Assembly: GCA_019057635.1 (NCBI GenBank)
Contig: DXJL01000114.1
Coordinates: forward strand, 1 to 40,439
DNA from: Candidatus Heimdallarchaeota archaeon
GTDB lineage: Archaea > Asgardarchaeota > Heimdallarchaeia > Hodarchaeales > Hodarchaeaceae
Direction of reading: 5' to 3'
Length of the DNA stretch: 40,439 bases
The notes beneath the pieces were generated by a model that saw nothing but the letters and a program-made list of their open reading frames with translations, did no database searches and was not told the origin of the DNA. Shown in pieces: positions 1 to 9,756 of the stretch. The position numbers and the translations under genes are program-made. The number at the start of each line of letters is the position of its first letter. Position 1 is the stretch's first letter.

Positions 1-141
1 ATTTTGTATTTCTTCATCATTTAATGCGAGCTCGAATTTCCTCACAGCTTTTTTCCATTTTTTGTTATTAAGTGCAAAGATTCCAGATCGTACAAGTTTC
101 ACGGGATCTTTCGTTTCTTTAATTCGAGGAGGCACTATCAT
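1..141 (-). CDS. TPR-like protein, N-terminal part (runs off the window edge)
   Basis: Manual translation from ATG at 141: MIVPPRIKETKDPVKLVRSGIFALNNKKWKKAVRKFELALNDEEIQN, open to base 1. The G..A.....W..A...FE.AL pattern resembles a TPR helix pair. Confidence 0.55.
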   Translation of the reverse strand, partial: MIVPPRIKETKDPVKLVRSGIFALNNKKWKKAVRKFELALNDEEIQN

Positions 142-379
142 TCAACAGTTACGAGAGAATTAGAAGGGACTAAAAAGAACTTACCAAGGACGAGTGAAAA
201 ATCAGATTTTTGTTCCTGACTTGAAATTACACTCATCTTGCTTTATAATTGTTTCCAATTTCCACTAATTCGACCTAGTAGCACTTAGGTAGTAACGTTC
301 TTTATTAGTATAATTACTCCACTATTTCTCGGGCCTTTGAGAGAGCAAAATACTAACAAAGACCCCGGAATGAGAAAAG

Positions 380-520
380 GTGGAACCAAGTACTGATAAA
401 AAGGCGGATGATGTGATTCTTCAGAAGGGATTGCACAAGAAAGAAAATCTTCATCCTTTGGAAGTAAAGTATGGACTGGAACCTAAGATCGAGCCTACGG
501 ATAAATGGCGTTGGCATTAG
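380..520 (+). CDS. possible small protein (46 aa)
   Basis: GTG..TAG ORF (M)EPSTDKKADDVILQKGLHKKENLHPLEVKYGLEPKIEPTDKWRWH. TTTATTAG lies at ~301 upstream and a T-rich tract at ~540 downstream. No recognisable domain. Confidence 0.35.
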   Translation: MEPSTDKKADDVILQKGLHKKENLHPLEVKYGLEPKIEPTDKWRWH

Positions 521-698
521 ATCTTTTCCATATCCAAATTCTTTTTTCTTTTCCCTACAAACTATTTTGAATCCCTAATTGGGATTATTAAACGTTAACC
601 AGCCTTCACCCAGAGTTAAGGTAGCGATTAACTTTATTAATAGTCATTTATCCCACATTAGGAAAACAATACTATTCAGATTTAAGGTGCAGTTCGAA

Positions 699-2450
699 AT
701 GGTTACTCCAGATGATATTCCTTTATACCCAGAAAAAGTCCCAAAACATATAGATTATCCAGAAATCCCTCTTTTTCAATTTTTAGATGATGCGGTGAAA
801 GATTTTCCTGAAAATGATGCTCTTGTGCTGGAAACTACTAGTTTTGACAAAATTGCAAGTGTTAAATATGCTGAATTAGGCGACCAAACTGATAGGTTCG
901 CTTCCTTTTTAGTAGAAAAGGGAATTCAGCAAGGAGATAAAATTGCAGTATTTCTACCAAATATGGTGGAGTTTGTAGTAGCTTATTATGGAATTTTAAA
1001 AGCAGGTGCAACAGTAGTGAGCTTGAATTTCCAATATCCAGCGAGTGAGCTAGCTGCGCAAGTTATCCAAAGTGAAGCACGTGGAATTGTGTGTGCAGAT
1101 ATGATAACAGCAAGTGCTTCTCCTTATGAAACTTGTAAGGCGGTAAGGGATGAGAGAAAAACTCCTTTGGAATTTATTGTGGTAGCTAGTGTTAAACCCT
1201 ACCTTTCTAAGATAAAAGCATTTTTAGGCGGATTGATGGGGAAAATCAGTAGGTTAGATTCCCGAGATATCTATATGAAAGGTATTTTTGAAAAGTATAA
1301 CCCCAAAGGACGTTCAAAAGTTACAATTAAACCTGACGATGTTGCTGTAATTATGTTCACAGGAGGAACAACTGGTACACCTAAAGGAGCCATGTTAACG
1401 AATAGAAATCTTGTAAGTAATGTGATACAGTGTTCAGTATGGATGGATCCAGCTCCAGAACGCGGAACAGTAATTGGAATTGGTAGTCTACCCTTTTTCC
1501 ACAGTTATGGAGCGACAACATCTATGAACTTAGGAATATTTTTTGGGGGCCTCATGGTTTTAATGCTCGATCCCCGTGAAAATAAGTTCAGCCAAATTCT
1601 GTATCTCCTCGAAAAATATAAGGTACAAATTTTCAACACAGTACCCACTCTCTACATGGCTTTACTCAATCATCCAGATTTGAAGAAATATGATTTGAGC
1701 TTCTTATTGACAAGTACAAGTGGGGCAGCCCCATTACCAGTTTCAGTTTTACAGGAATTCGAAGCCTTATCTGGAGCTAATCTTGCCGAAGGATACGGTT
1801 TGACTGAAACCTCTCCTGTTTCTCACATCATTCCAATGTCTCCAGCTCCAGGAACAGATACACCCCTGAAAAAAGATGGGTCTGTCGGGATTCCAGTTCC
1901 TGATACAGAATCAATCATCCTTGATATTGAAACAGGCACAAAACAACTAGGAATCGACACGGAAGGAGAAATAGCAATTTCTGGACCTCAGGTAATGAAA
2001 GGATATTACAAGAGACCTGAAGAAACGGCTGAAGTCATGAGGGATATTGATGGGAAACGATATTTTCTCACTGGTGATATTGGTAAGTATGATTCGGACT
2101 TTTATTTTTATATAACTGATAGGAAAAAGGATTTAATTAATGTTGGAGGATTTAAAGCCTATCCACGAGAAATTGAGGAGGTTATGATAGAACATCCAAA
2201 AATTTCTAATGCTGCGTGTATTGGGGTATCTCACCCTTCAGTAGGTGAAACTGTAAAACTCTATATAGTCCCAAAACCAAATATTGATTTAACTAAAGAA
2301 GAAATTTTGGAGTATTCTCGAAGAAAATTAGTCAAATACAAACAACCGTATGATGAGCGTTACATAGAGATACGTTCGCAATTACCTCTGTCAGACATCG
2401 GGAAAGTATTAAGACGTGTCTTAAAAGATGAGGAACGATCACAAGAGTAA
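699..2450 (+). CDS. long-chain fatty acid--CoA ligase (AMP-binding family)
   Basis: Motifs MFTGGTTGTPKG, EGYGLTETSP, TGDIG, DRKKDLI. Start moved from TTG 579 to ATG 699 because the upstream extension is not domain-like. Confidence 0.93.
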   Translation: MVTPDDIPLYPEKVPKHIDYPEIPLFQFLDDAVKDFPENDALVLETTSFDKIASVKYAELGDQTDRFASFLVEKGIQQGDKIAVFLPNMVEFVVAYYGILKAGATVVSLNFQYPASELAAQVIQSEARGIVCADMITASASPYETCKAVRDERKTPLEFIVVASVKPYLSKIKAFLGGLMGKISRLDSRDIYMKGIFEKYNPKGRSKVTIKPDDVAVIMFTGGTTGTPKGAMLTNRNLVSNVIQCSVWMDPAPERGTVIGIGSLPFFHSYGATTSMNLGIFFGGLMVLMLDPRENKFSQILYLLEKYKVQIFNTVPTLYMALLNHPDLKKYDLSFLLTSTSGAAPLPVSVLQEFEALSGANLAEGYGLTETSPVSHIIPMSPAPGTDTPLKKDGSVGIPVPDTESIILDIETGTKQLGIDTEGEIAISGPQVMKGYYKRPEETAEVMRDIDGKRYFLTGDIGKYDSDFYFYITDRKKDLINVGGFKAYPREIEEVMIEHPKISNAACIGVSHPSVGETVKLYIVPKPNIDLTKEEILEYSRRKLVKYKQPYDERYIEIRSQLPLSDIGKVLRRVLKDEERSQE

Positions 2451-2497
2451 CTCAAGGGGGTAGAGGGGAGTTGGAAATCAAACCATGAGGATTTCTT

Positions 2498-3220
2498 ATG
2501 AACCCAGAATCAGTTGAAAGAGCCAAGAGAGAGGCAGCTAAGTTAGCGGTAAAGGAGAATCTACGTGATAACGTAATAATTGGGGTGGGTAGTGGATCAA
2601 CAATTATTTATGTTGTTCGTGAGTTAGCTGCCCTCGTTGCTAAGAACAGCTGGAATATTACTTGTATCCCAACTTCTTATCAAGCGAAGAAGTTAATTAT
2701 AGACGAAGGATTACCACTTGGATCATTAGATCAATTTCCAGTGCTGGACTTAGCAATAGATGGAGCAGATGAAATTACATCAGATTTAAATGTAATCAAG
2801 GGGGGTGGAGGATGCTTAGTTCAGGAGAAAATTGTTGCTGAAAGTGCCAAAAAGCTGATCATCATCGCTGATTGGCAGAAAAATTCCTCCCAATTGGGTG
2901 AGTATTGGGTACAAGGGGTTCCTGTTGAGATAATTCCTGAAGCTCATATCCCACTTGTACAAAAACTTGAGAAAATGGGGGGAAAAGCTAAATTAAGGCA
3001 AGGACTTGCGAAAATTGGCCCTCTAATTACTGATAATGGAAACTTCATATTGGATGTAGATTTTGGAAAAATATCTGATCCAGAAAAGCTCTCTTCACAA
3101 CTAAAAGTCTTAACTGGGGTAGTAGATTCAGGATTATTCATAAATATGGTGAATAAAGCCTATATTGGAGAAAAAAATGGTCTTGTTAAAATTCTAAGTA
3201 AGCAAGGATACAAATCTTGA
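2498..3220 (+). CDS. rpiA: ribose-5-phosphate isomerase A
   Basis: IGVGSGST, DGADEI, IKGGGG, EKIVA and TDNGN signature motifs. Confidence 0.96.
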   Translation: MNPESVERAKREAAKLAVKENLRDNVIIGVGSGSTIIYVVRELAALVAKNSWNITCIPTSYQAKKLIIDEGLPLGSLDQFPVLDLAIDGADEITSDLNVIKGGGGCLVQEKIVAESAKKLIIIADWQKNSSQLGEYWVQGVPVEIIPEAHIPLVQKLEKMGGKAKLRQGLAKIGPLITDNGNFILDVDFGKISDPEKLSSQLKVLTGVVDSGLFINMVNKAYIGEKNGLVKILSKQGYKS

Positions 3221-3229
3221 CTCTCAGCC

Positions 3230-3517
3230 CTAATCGCAACTCTGGAACCACTCATCGTAGCATTCTCGTGCTTTAAGTACATTGCATTTATCTACAGGTA
3301 GGTTACCCTCTTGGCATTTCTTTTTTACAGATAGAATCCAAAGTTCTTCACTTGAAAATCTTTCTAAAATAGCTGAATCAGTTCTTTGAGTTTCATTCTT
3401 TTCCGTATGAACCAAAACTAGATCACCAAACTTTAGATTATAATGAGTATCAATGAAAGCAGTTTCTAACCCTCTACCAACCATTAGCAAATTTCCATAA
3501 TTTCTATTATAGTACAT
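3230..3517 (-). CDS. hypothetical protein, Cys-rich C-terminus
   Basis: 95-aa ORF fills the gap between rpiA and the next gene. No recognised domain. Confidence 0.5.
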   Translation of the reverse strand: MYYNRNYGNLLMVGRGLETAFIDTHYNLKFGDLVLVHTEKNETQRTDSAILERFSSEELWILSVKKKCQEGNLPVDKCNVLKARECYDEWFQSCD

Positions 3518-3587
3518 TTCAGTAAGATTTTAGAGTTAGGTTGTTTTGGAGAATTTGTGAGCTAGTAATATCCAATTTACTCTGTCG

Positions 3588-4340
3588 GTGTTTACCCATT
3601 CCAATTATATAAAAAAGGTTTTAGGCAAACACTACACAAGAGGTAGAAAATTGTATCTCAAAAAAGAACATACGCTTCCCCTAGTGTTTATAGGAACCTT
3701 TCATTTTATTATTTTAACCTTTATAGCCATGATTTTCTATACAGGTGGTACAAGAATTGATGAAACAGCTCAGGGATATAGTTTTTTTACTAATTTCTTT
3801 AGTGATTTAGGTAGGACTGTGGCGTACTCAGGGAAGGGGAATTTAATATCTGTAATCTTGTTTATTGTAGCTCTTGTGGGACTGGGTCTTACCTTTCTTA
3901 GCTACTTTCGATTTATCCCAGAAATTTTTAATTCTACAGAAGAAGAGCAAAAATTGAGTAAGATAGTGGCAAAAATTGGGACTGTTGCAGCAATTGCTTT
4001 TATCGGGATTGCTTTCACCCCCGCAAACTTAGTAACAATTATTCACGATTCATTGGTGGTAACTGGATTCACACTTGTCTCAATAGTATTAGGCATATTA
4101 CTTATACTGACAATAAAAGATCAAAAATTTTCAAAAGTATATGCCATCACATATCTAATACTTATATTGATAGTTCTAGCTTATGGCGGGTTGTTTTTTC
4201 TGATTCCCAAGATAGTGACTTATGAAGACCTGTTGATAAGAGTAAGCATGCAGAAACTAGTTGTCTATAGTCTATTGGCATGTTTTCTGTTCCAAAGCTT
4301 TGGAATTTGGCGTCACAGATATAAATCGAGTGTATCATAG
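3588..4340 (+). CDS. integral membrane protein (DUF998-like)
   Basis: About 6 hydrophobic segments and a GYSF..NFFSDLG motif. The true start is probably slightly downstream. Confidence 0.7.
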   Translation: MFTHSNYIKKVLGKHYTRGRKLYLKKEHTLPLVFIGTFHFIILTFIAMIFYTGGTRIDETAQGYSFFTNFFSDLGRTVAYSGKGNLISVILFIVALVGLGLTFLSYFRFIPEIFNSTEEEQKLSKIVAKIGTVAAIAFIGIAFTPANLVTIIHDSLVVTGFTLVSIVLGILLILTIKDQKFSKVYAITYLILILIVLAYGGLFFLIPKIVTYEDLLIRVSMQKLVVYSLLACFLFQSFGIWRHRYKSSVS

Positions 4341-4450
4341 ACCCGTTTTTGTGATTGCACTGAGTTTCCAATAAAAAGAATTGGGAGATAATAAACTTCC
4401 TTGGGAATAAATTAGTGGACTGAGATTAACTCTTGGAATCGTGAATATTC

Positions 4451-4834
4451 ATGAGCTTTGAACAATTATCGCTATCACAGATAATAAATATCGGATTATT
4501 TGGTTTTGTCTTTGGCTTTTTTGAAACCATTACGAATACCTACTATCTTCTAACTGACAATCTTAAGCTATCTAGACTCCAACATGGTAGAGAACTTCCT
4601 CGTCAAGTTAATGATAGAACAGTTAGACATAAGGTTGTCCAAATGTTAATTCTTGGACTGTTACTCCAAGTGATAGCTGTGATATCTATATTTATCACTC
4701 CTCAACTATTTATAGTGGCAATAGCCTTAATCTTCCTCAATGGCTTAATTGATTATGGTAAATTTCGCCAAAAGGAGACATTACTACTTTGGAGTGTGAT
4801 TTCGCTAATTGCATTAATGCTTTTACTATATTGA
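4451..4834 (+). CDS. hypothetical membrane protein
   Basis: 127 aa with about 4 hydrophobic segments. Confidence 0.7.
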   Translation: MSFEQLSLSQIINIGLFGFVFGFFETITNTYYLLTDNLKLSRLQHGRELPRQVNDRTVRHKVVQMLILGLLLQVIAVISIFITPQLFIVAIALIFLNGLIDYGKFRQKETLLLWSVISLIALMLLLY

Positions 4835-4840
4835 AGATAT

Positions 4841-5689
4841 TTACTTTAGTTCAATTCTCAATTCATGTGCATCAGACCACATTTCGTGAAATTTTGGTTT
4901 TAATTCCTCTGCAAACTTTTTCTGCCATACATATATCCAGGCAAAAAATTCATCAGGTTTGACAGGATTCATTACCTTGACGATTACTTTCTCATTATCA
5001 ATAACATCGAAAGCAGTTGTGCATTTTAAACAATACTTGACAATTTTTCTATCGAAAACATCAAAGAATTTTGCGATTGAGGCCATATATTCCTCTTCTA
5101 AACTTCCTGGTGATACTCCACTTAACAAAATTTTGATAGAAACTCCTCTTGAGTTTAATATTGTAATAGTGTCAATAAGAGTCATAATTATATCTTTTTG
5201 AGGCATTCGAGAAGCGACTCGAAGATTAACGATTGTATTTAGTTCTTTTTTTGTTTCACTTAACTTCTCAATATATTGACCTATGGCCTTTTCGCCGAGA
5301 GCGACACTCCAAAATAAGCTTTCCTCTGGTTTGATGGTGTGTAATTTAGTCAACTTTTCTTCAACTAGAACAGCTTTCTGAGTTAGAGATTCAAGTTCCA
5401 AATTTTTAATTGTTAAGAGATTACTAAGTGTTGACTTAGGATCCTTTGCAACGAATTTCTTAGGACGAGATTCCTGTTTATCAACAAGACCTTTGTCTTC
5501 TAAGGAGCTTAATACATCATAAATTCTCCCAAATGGGATTTTTGATTCAGAAGAAATTTCTTTTGCTGTTCTTATACCAGAGGATAACAAAGATAGGTAA
5601 ACCCGAGATTCATAGCTGGATAAACCAAATACTTCAAGTTCATCAGACGTTATTTCCTGAAAACCATTAGTTGTCATAAAATGATTCAC
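4841..5689 (-). CDS. TrmB-family transcriptional regulator
   Basis: N-terminal FGLSSYESRVYLSLL..TAKEIS..SKIPFGRIYDVLSSLEDKGLV..RPKKF wHTH plus a C-terminal effector domain. Confidence 0.9.
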   Translation of the reverse strand: MNHFMTTNGFQEITSDELEVFGLSSYESRVYLSLLSSGIRTAKEISSESKIPFGRIYDVLSSLEDKGLVDKQESRPKKFVAKDPKSTLSNLLTIKNLELESLTQKAVLVEEKLTKLHTIKPEESLFWSVALGEKAIGQYIEKLSETKKELNTIVNLRVASRMPQKDIIMTLIDTITILNSRGVSIKILLSGVSPGSLEEEYMASIAKFFDVFDRKIVKYCLKCTTAFDVIDNEKVIVKVMNPVKPDEFFAWIYVWQKKFAEELKPKFHEMWSDAHELRIELK

Positions 5690-5726
5690 TTGAGCTTTGA
5701 AGGAAAATTAACCTTTAAATAGTTTT

Positions 5727-5783
5727 CAACATTATGTTGTGGAATTGTGAGTGAAAAATATTTAATATAACCACTATATGTTG
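5727..5783. promoter_or_regulatory. divergent promoter with putative TrmB-family operator sites
   Basis: Perfect palindrome CAACAT-T-ATGTTG (5727-5739) and a 10/13 copy CCACTATATGTTG (5771-5783), adjacent to TATA-like boxes at ~5713-5721 (minus) and ~5761-5769 (plus). Confidence 0.55.
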
Positions 5784-5828
5784 TTTTACTTGAATTACAT
5801 ACAAATTATTACGATAAACGAATTTTAG

Positions 5829-6686
5829 ATGATTTTGATGGATTATAATCAACGATTAGGATTTCTCCTATCATTTGTTGGAGCCGTAATAGGCATCGTA
5901 GGTGGTCTTGGCCTTTTTATATTCACCTATGAACCGTATATCCTTGAAGAAATGACCAATCTTGCTGCTGAATCAGGTTGTGAGGTTATTATTAAGGATT
6001 ATCTCCCAATTATCTTTGATCTCAGTTTCATTGGTGGAATTTTATTTGCTTTAAGTGCATATGGTTTCTACACCAATGAAGAGTGGTCTGTTTCCCTAGC
6101 TGTTGTAGGGAATACTCTTTGTCTGCTAGCGGGTTTTTGGCCCATGATACCTGCAATGCAAATGGGTTTGATACCAGTTTGGGGAATAATTTTCCTCCCA
6201 AATCTTGTTATATTCTTAGTACTTACACATTATGTCGAAAATATTCCATGGATCACAGTATTATTTGCTTTAATGACAGGAATAGCTTATGTAATGTGTT
6301 TCTTGAATGGTGTCGCCAGTACAAATCGTATGGGACTTTATCCACCGAGTTCAGATTCTTATCCTCCCATACCAGATCCTCTTGTCACTTTACATGCAGT
6401 CTTCAAAGGATTACAACGTGTTAACTGGATAGCAGCTATTGGATTTGGTATTGTAACAATTGGAATTCTACGTCGGCCTAATAAGGAATGGGTGCGTATC
6501 CTTGCTTTAGGGACCGCATTACTTGGTATAGTAGCTGGTTATCCTGTAGCAACGGCATCTTCCATCAGTTTTAATAAATTTTCAATGTTTTTTATGGCAC
6601 CAATACTAGCAACCGTCTTGTTAGTAATCCCCCTCTGGCCTACTTTATGGAAGCGTCTTGTAAAGGCACCAAAAGAAACATCGTGA
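5829..6686 (+). CDS. polytopic membrane protein of unknown function
   Basis: 285 aa with about 8 hydrophobic helices, divergent from the TrmB gene. Confidence 0.8.
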   Translation: MILMDYNQRLGFLLSFVGAVIGIVGGLGLFIFTYEPYILEEMTNLAAESGCEVIIKDYLPIIFDLSFIGGILFALSAYGFYTNEEWSVSLAVVGNTLCLLAGFWPMIPAMQMGLIPVWGIIFLPNLVIFLVLTHYVENIPWITVLFALMTGIAYVMCFLNGVASTNRMGLYPPSSDSYPPIPDPLVTLHAVFKGLQRVNWIAAIGFGIVTIGILRRPNKEWVRILALGTALLGIVAGYPVATASSISFNKFSMFFMAPILATVLLVIPLWPTLWKRLVKAPKETS

Positions 6687-6708
6687 TTTCAGATCTTTAT
6701 ATCTAGTG

Positions 6709-6752
6709 GGAAATATGATAGAGAATCTTTATCATATTTCCAATTTTTTTTT
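6709..6752 (+). terminator. hairpin + U-tract terminator
   Basis: GGAAATATGATA (6709-6720) pairs with TATCATATTTCC (6730-6741) and is followed by AA and 9 T. Confidence 0.65.
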
Positions 6753-6828
6753 AACTAAACTGATCTTCTGATCTAATAGAACCTTTTTATAGTAGTAAAT
6801 ACGAGTTAAACTGAAAAATGAATAAGAA

Positions 6829-7737
6829 GTGTGTGTGAATATGGGAATTGTTGAACAAATTGGGTTTAGCTTGATTTCAAAAACTCTCCAGGAGAATCCG
6901 CTTCCTTTTGATACCTATGGAGCAATCTCAGGAGTGTTTGTACTTTTTTTATGGTTAATTACTTTTTTATTCTGTATTATGTTGATTGATGCAAAATTAA
7001 TGACCCGAAAAGCAGCTACAGTTATCTATCTAATTACTTTAATTATTGGGGGTCTTATCATGGCTGCGATTCCCAATCCTCTTCTGCCTATTCAAGAAAT
7101 TTTTCTAGCACTGGCTTCAAGAAATGATCTGTGGTATCTTCTTCCAGTCTTAGTCGTTTTGAGTATTCTATTTGGGACTTCTCTCCTCGTAGGTCGAATT
7201 TTTTGCGGATTTGCCTGTCCCTTAGGCACATTTCAAGAACTACTGTCATTAATCAATTTCAAATCGAATATAAAGCAGCAAAAGAAAAACAAATTTCATT
7301 TCGAAGTTTCAAGGCAAGTTACAAACAAAATACGCTGGTTATTTTTCGGTGTAGTTTTTTTATTTGCCCTTCTTTGGAGTATCCTAATTCTTCCCTTATT
7401 TAACCCTTTTTCTGGTTTCCTATTTTTACATCCTCCCTTTGATTTTACCCTGTTGATTTCATTCTTCGGTTTGATTGTAATTGGAATTGCCAGTATTTTC
7501 TTTTATCGTCCGTATTGCAGGTTTTTATGCCCATTTGGAGCAGGGTCAGATCTTTTAAGTCGATTTGCTAAAAACACATATCAACGGACTGAAGATTGTA
7601 CAGAGTGTGGACTCTGTGAAAAAATATGTCCAACTCAAGAAGCAGCATCTAATAGTAAAAAAGGGGAATGTTATTATTGCAATCGATGTGTAGAGATTTG
7701 TCCTGAAGATGCTATAAAATTGAATTTAGATGGATAA
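6829..7737 (+). CDS. membrane 4Fe-4S binding protein (NapH/MauN/YccM-like)
   Basis: GRIFCGFACPLG and RPYCRFLCPFG (CxxxCP) motifs, two C-terminal CxxCxxCxxxCP ferredoxin motifs, multiple TM helices. Likely start is ATG 6841. Confidence 0.9.
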   Translation: MCVNMGIVEQIGFSLISKTLQENPLPFDTYGAISGVFVLFLWLITFLFCIMLIDAKLMTRKAATVIYLITLIIGGLIMAAIPNPLLPIQEIFLALASRNDLWYLLPVLVVLSILFGTSLLVGRIFCGFACPLGTFQELLSLINFKSNIKQQKKNKFHFEVSRQVTNKIRWLFFGVVFLFALLWSILILPLFNPFSGFLFLHPPFDFTLLISFFGLIVIGIASIFFYRPYCRFLCPFGAGSDLLSRFAKNTYQRTEDCTECGLCEKICPTQEAASNSKKGECYYCNRCVEICPEDAIKLNLDG

Positions 7738-7846
7738 CATAAGGAAAAATCTATTTATTCATATTAAATGTCCGATGTTTCGTCTGGTTTAATAATACAG
7801 ACTTGATTTTTGAGTCCTAATGAGTGTGTAAAAATCGCAGAAAAAA

Positions 7847-8377
7847 TTGTCCCTTCGTTTACTCGTGATACTTCTTCTCATTTCTCCATATTCATCGGTC
7901 AATGAATTGGAAACTCAGGCCAAGATAACCAATAGCTACAATGATATCTCGGTTTCTGAAGCCTACAATTTAATAGATAATATGAGTAGTCTATATATCT
8001 TGGATGTGAGAACTAAAGAAGAATATGCGCTTGGTCATATAACTTATGCTCACTTAATCCCGCATGAGGAAATAGCTTTTAGACAAAACGAACTCCCAGA
8101 AAATAAAACTCAACCCCTTCTTGTGTATTGTAGGTCAGGATCAAGATCTGTGATTGCATCAAATTCATTGATAGATTTAAACTATACTTTGGTTTATAAC
8201 ATGTTAGAAGGGTTCAACGCCTGGAAAAATGCAGGTTATTCATATGAATCATCTTTCATTGATCCTACCGAGGATTTAATCAAATTATTGCTAATTATAA
8301 CGATTATAGGTATTTCAATGGTCTTTTTTGTTATTATAGTAAAAGAATTAATCAAAAGAAGGCAAATTCCTCAATAA
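7847..8377 (+). CDS. membrane-anchored rhodanese-domain protein
   Basis: LDVRTKEEY..GHI, active-site loop YCRSGSRS, LEGFNAW. Signal-peptide-like N-terminus and C-terminal TM with basic tail. Confidence 0.88.
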   Translation: MSLRLLVILLLISPYSSVNELETQAKITNSYNDISVSEAYNLIDNMSSLYILDVRTKEEYALGHITYAHLIPHEEIAFRQNELPENKTQPLLVYCRSGSRSVIASNSLIDLNYTLVYNMLEGFNAWKNAGYSYESSFIDPTEDLIKLLLIITIIGISMVFFVIIVKELIKRRQIPQ

Positions 8378-8476
8378 AAATAACTCCTGGATATTGGCTT
8401 CATTAAGAATTGACTCTTTTATTAGGCAAAATGATAAAATCACTAATTTCTATTCATAGAAGTAATGTGAAAAATC

Positions 8477-9610
8477 ATGAAAATAACCATACCAGAGAAG
8501 GTTGCAGAACTTCCACATGAGATAGATTCCTTTATTGTTCCTGATTTTGTCAAGAAAATGGATGAATTTATCTCACGAGCCAAACAATTGAAAAAGAATA
8601 TTCCTAATGTCTTGGGTGACTATTCACATTTAGGAATCGTTGGTATCGGAGGATCTCAGGTACAACCCTTAGTGTTCAAAGCACACGCTACAGTTCCAAC
8701 CACTCACTTGGAAGTTCCTGATCCGTACATCTTGAAAACATTTCTAGAGGCTGATAAGAAAAATACCCGGGTTATATACTGCTCTCGCTCGGGAACTACA
8801 AATGAAGTGCTTAGTTTTATCCCCTATTTTTTAGATTACGAATCTCTCGTTGTAACGAATGGTGGGCCATTATTAGAAGTAGCGAACCAGTTCGGATGGT
8901 CTATAGTCTCTGTAACACATGATATTTCTGGACGCTTTGCTATTCAAAACGAACTTGGTATTGTACCAATGATTGCCATGGGTCTTGATCCAGAAGAATT
9001 TTTATCTAATTTAAAAAAGAGTTATAAACAGTTTTTTAAGAAAGGATCCTTAGCAGAACAAACAGCTATAAAATTTTGGAATCTGGAACAATCGGGGATA
9101 AGTAAGGCAAAAATTCTTCCCTCTGGTCATTTCACCGAAGGATTAGGGATATTATTTACACAACTCCTAAATGAATCTGTACCAAAAACTCCGACTGATA
9201 CTCTCGACACATCTTTGCATATAATGCCTCGAAGTGCACATTCTGATCTTCAACGATGGTATGGTGGCGTCAATGACTCTTTTCTTGTAAGTATCTTATG
9301 TAATAACTATATTAATGATCTCACAGAAGAAGATTATCCAAAAAATTTAAGAAAATTAGTACCTGGAATAAAAGGAACAGCTGGGCAACATCTGAACATT
9401 ACTTCTCGGGCTGTCGCGGATACTTTTCCAGGTCCTGTCTTTCAAATAGAACTTGAAAAAAACACAATAGCAGAAACAGCTCAATGTGTAGGCTTTCTTC
9501 ATGCAGTAACGGTTCGTTTATGTCAATTAAAGGGGTCTAATCCCTTTGATCAACCCGCAGTTCAACATTACAAAGACAGAGCCTCGCAGATATATAAAAA
9601 GATGAAGTGA
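8477..9610 (+). CDS. pgi: glucose-6-phosphate isomerase (SIS-domain, compact form)
   Basis: VGIGGS, SRSGTTNE, DISGRF, QLLNES, AHSDLQ and NPFDQPAV..YK match PGI family motifs. Confidence 0.78.
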   Translation: MKITIPEKVAELPHEIDSFIVPDFVKKMDEFISRAKQLKKNIPNVLGDYSHLGIVGIGGSQVQPLVFKAHATVPTTHLEVPDPYILKTFLEADKKNTRVIYCSRSGTTNEVLSFIPYFLDYESLVVTNGGPLLEVANQFGWSIVSVTHDISGRFAIQNELGIVPMIAMGLDPEEFLSNLKKSYKQFFKKGSLAEQTAIKFWNLEQSGISKAKILPSGHFTEGLGILFTQLLNESVPKTPTDTLDTSLHIMPRSAHSDLQRWYGGVNDSFLVSILCNNYINDLTEEDYPKNLRKLVPGIKGTAGQHLNITSRAVADTFPGPVFQIELEKNTIAETAQCVGFLHAVTVRLCQLKGSNPFDQPAVQHYKDRASQIYKKMK

Positions 9611-9617
9611 ATCTCAC

Positions 9618-9641
9618 CTTTAGACAAAGTGTTGTCTAAAG
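9618..9641. repeat. perfect 10-bp inverted repeat (terminator or operator)
   Basis: CTTTAGACAA-AGTG-TTGTCTAAAG just after the pgi stop codon. Confidence 0.55.
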
Positions 9642-9756
9642 CGAATACAGGTGTTTGTTCACACACAAGTAAGCACTTATCACTTCATCCATAATAGGAT
9701 ACCAAGGAGAATGTGTGAGGAAAAAGCTCCTTGGTAATGGTTTTGGGTAGGCTATT

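Noticed and set aside
579-698. N-terminal extension of the acyl-CoA ligase (the extensions at 28595-28642 and 32308-32451 are similar)
   Set aside because: Longest-ORF artefacts. Better starts with SD or domain context lie downstream.
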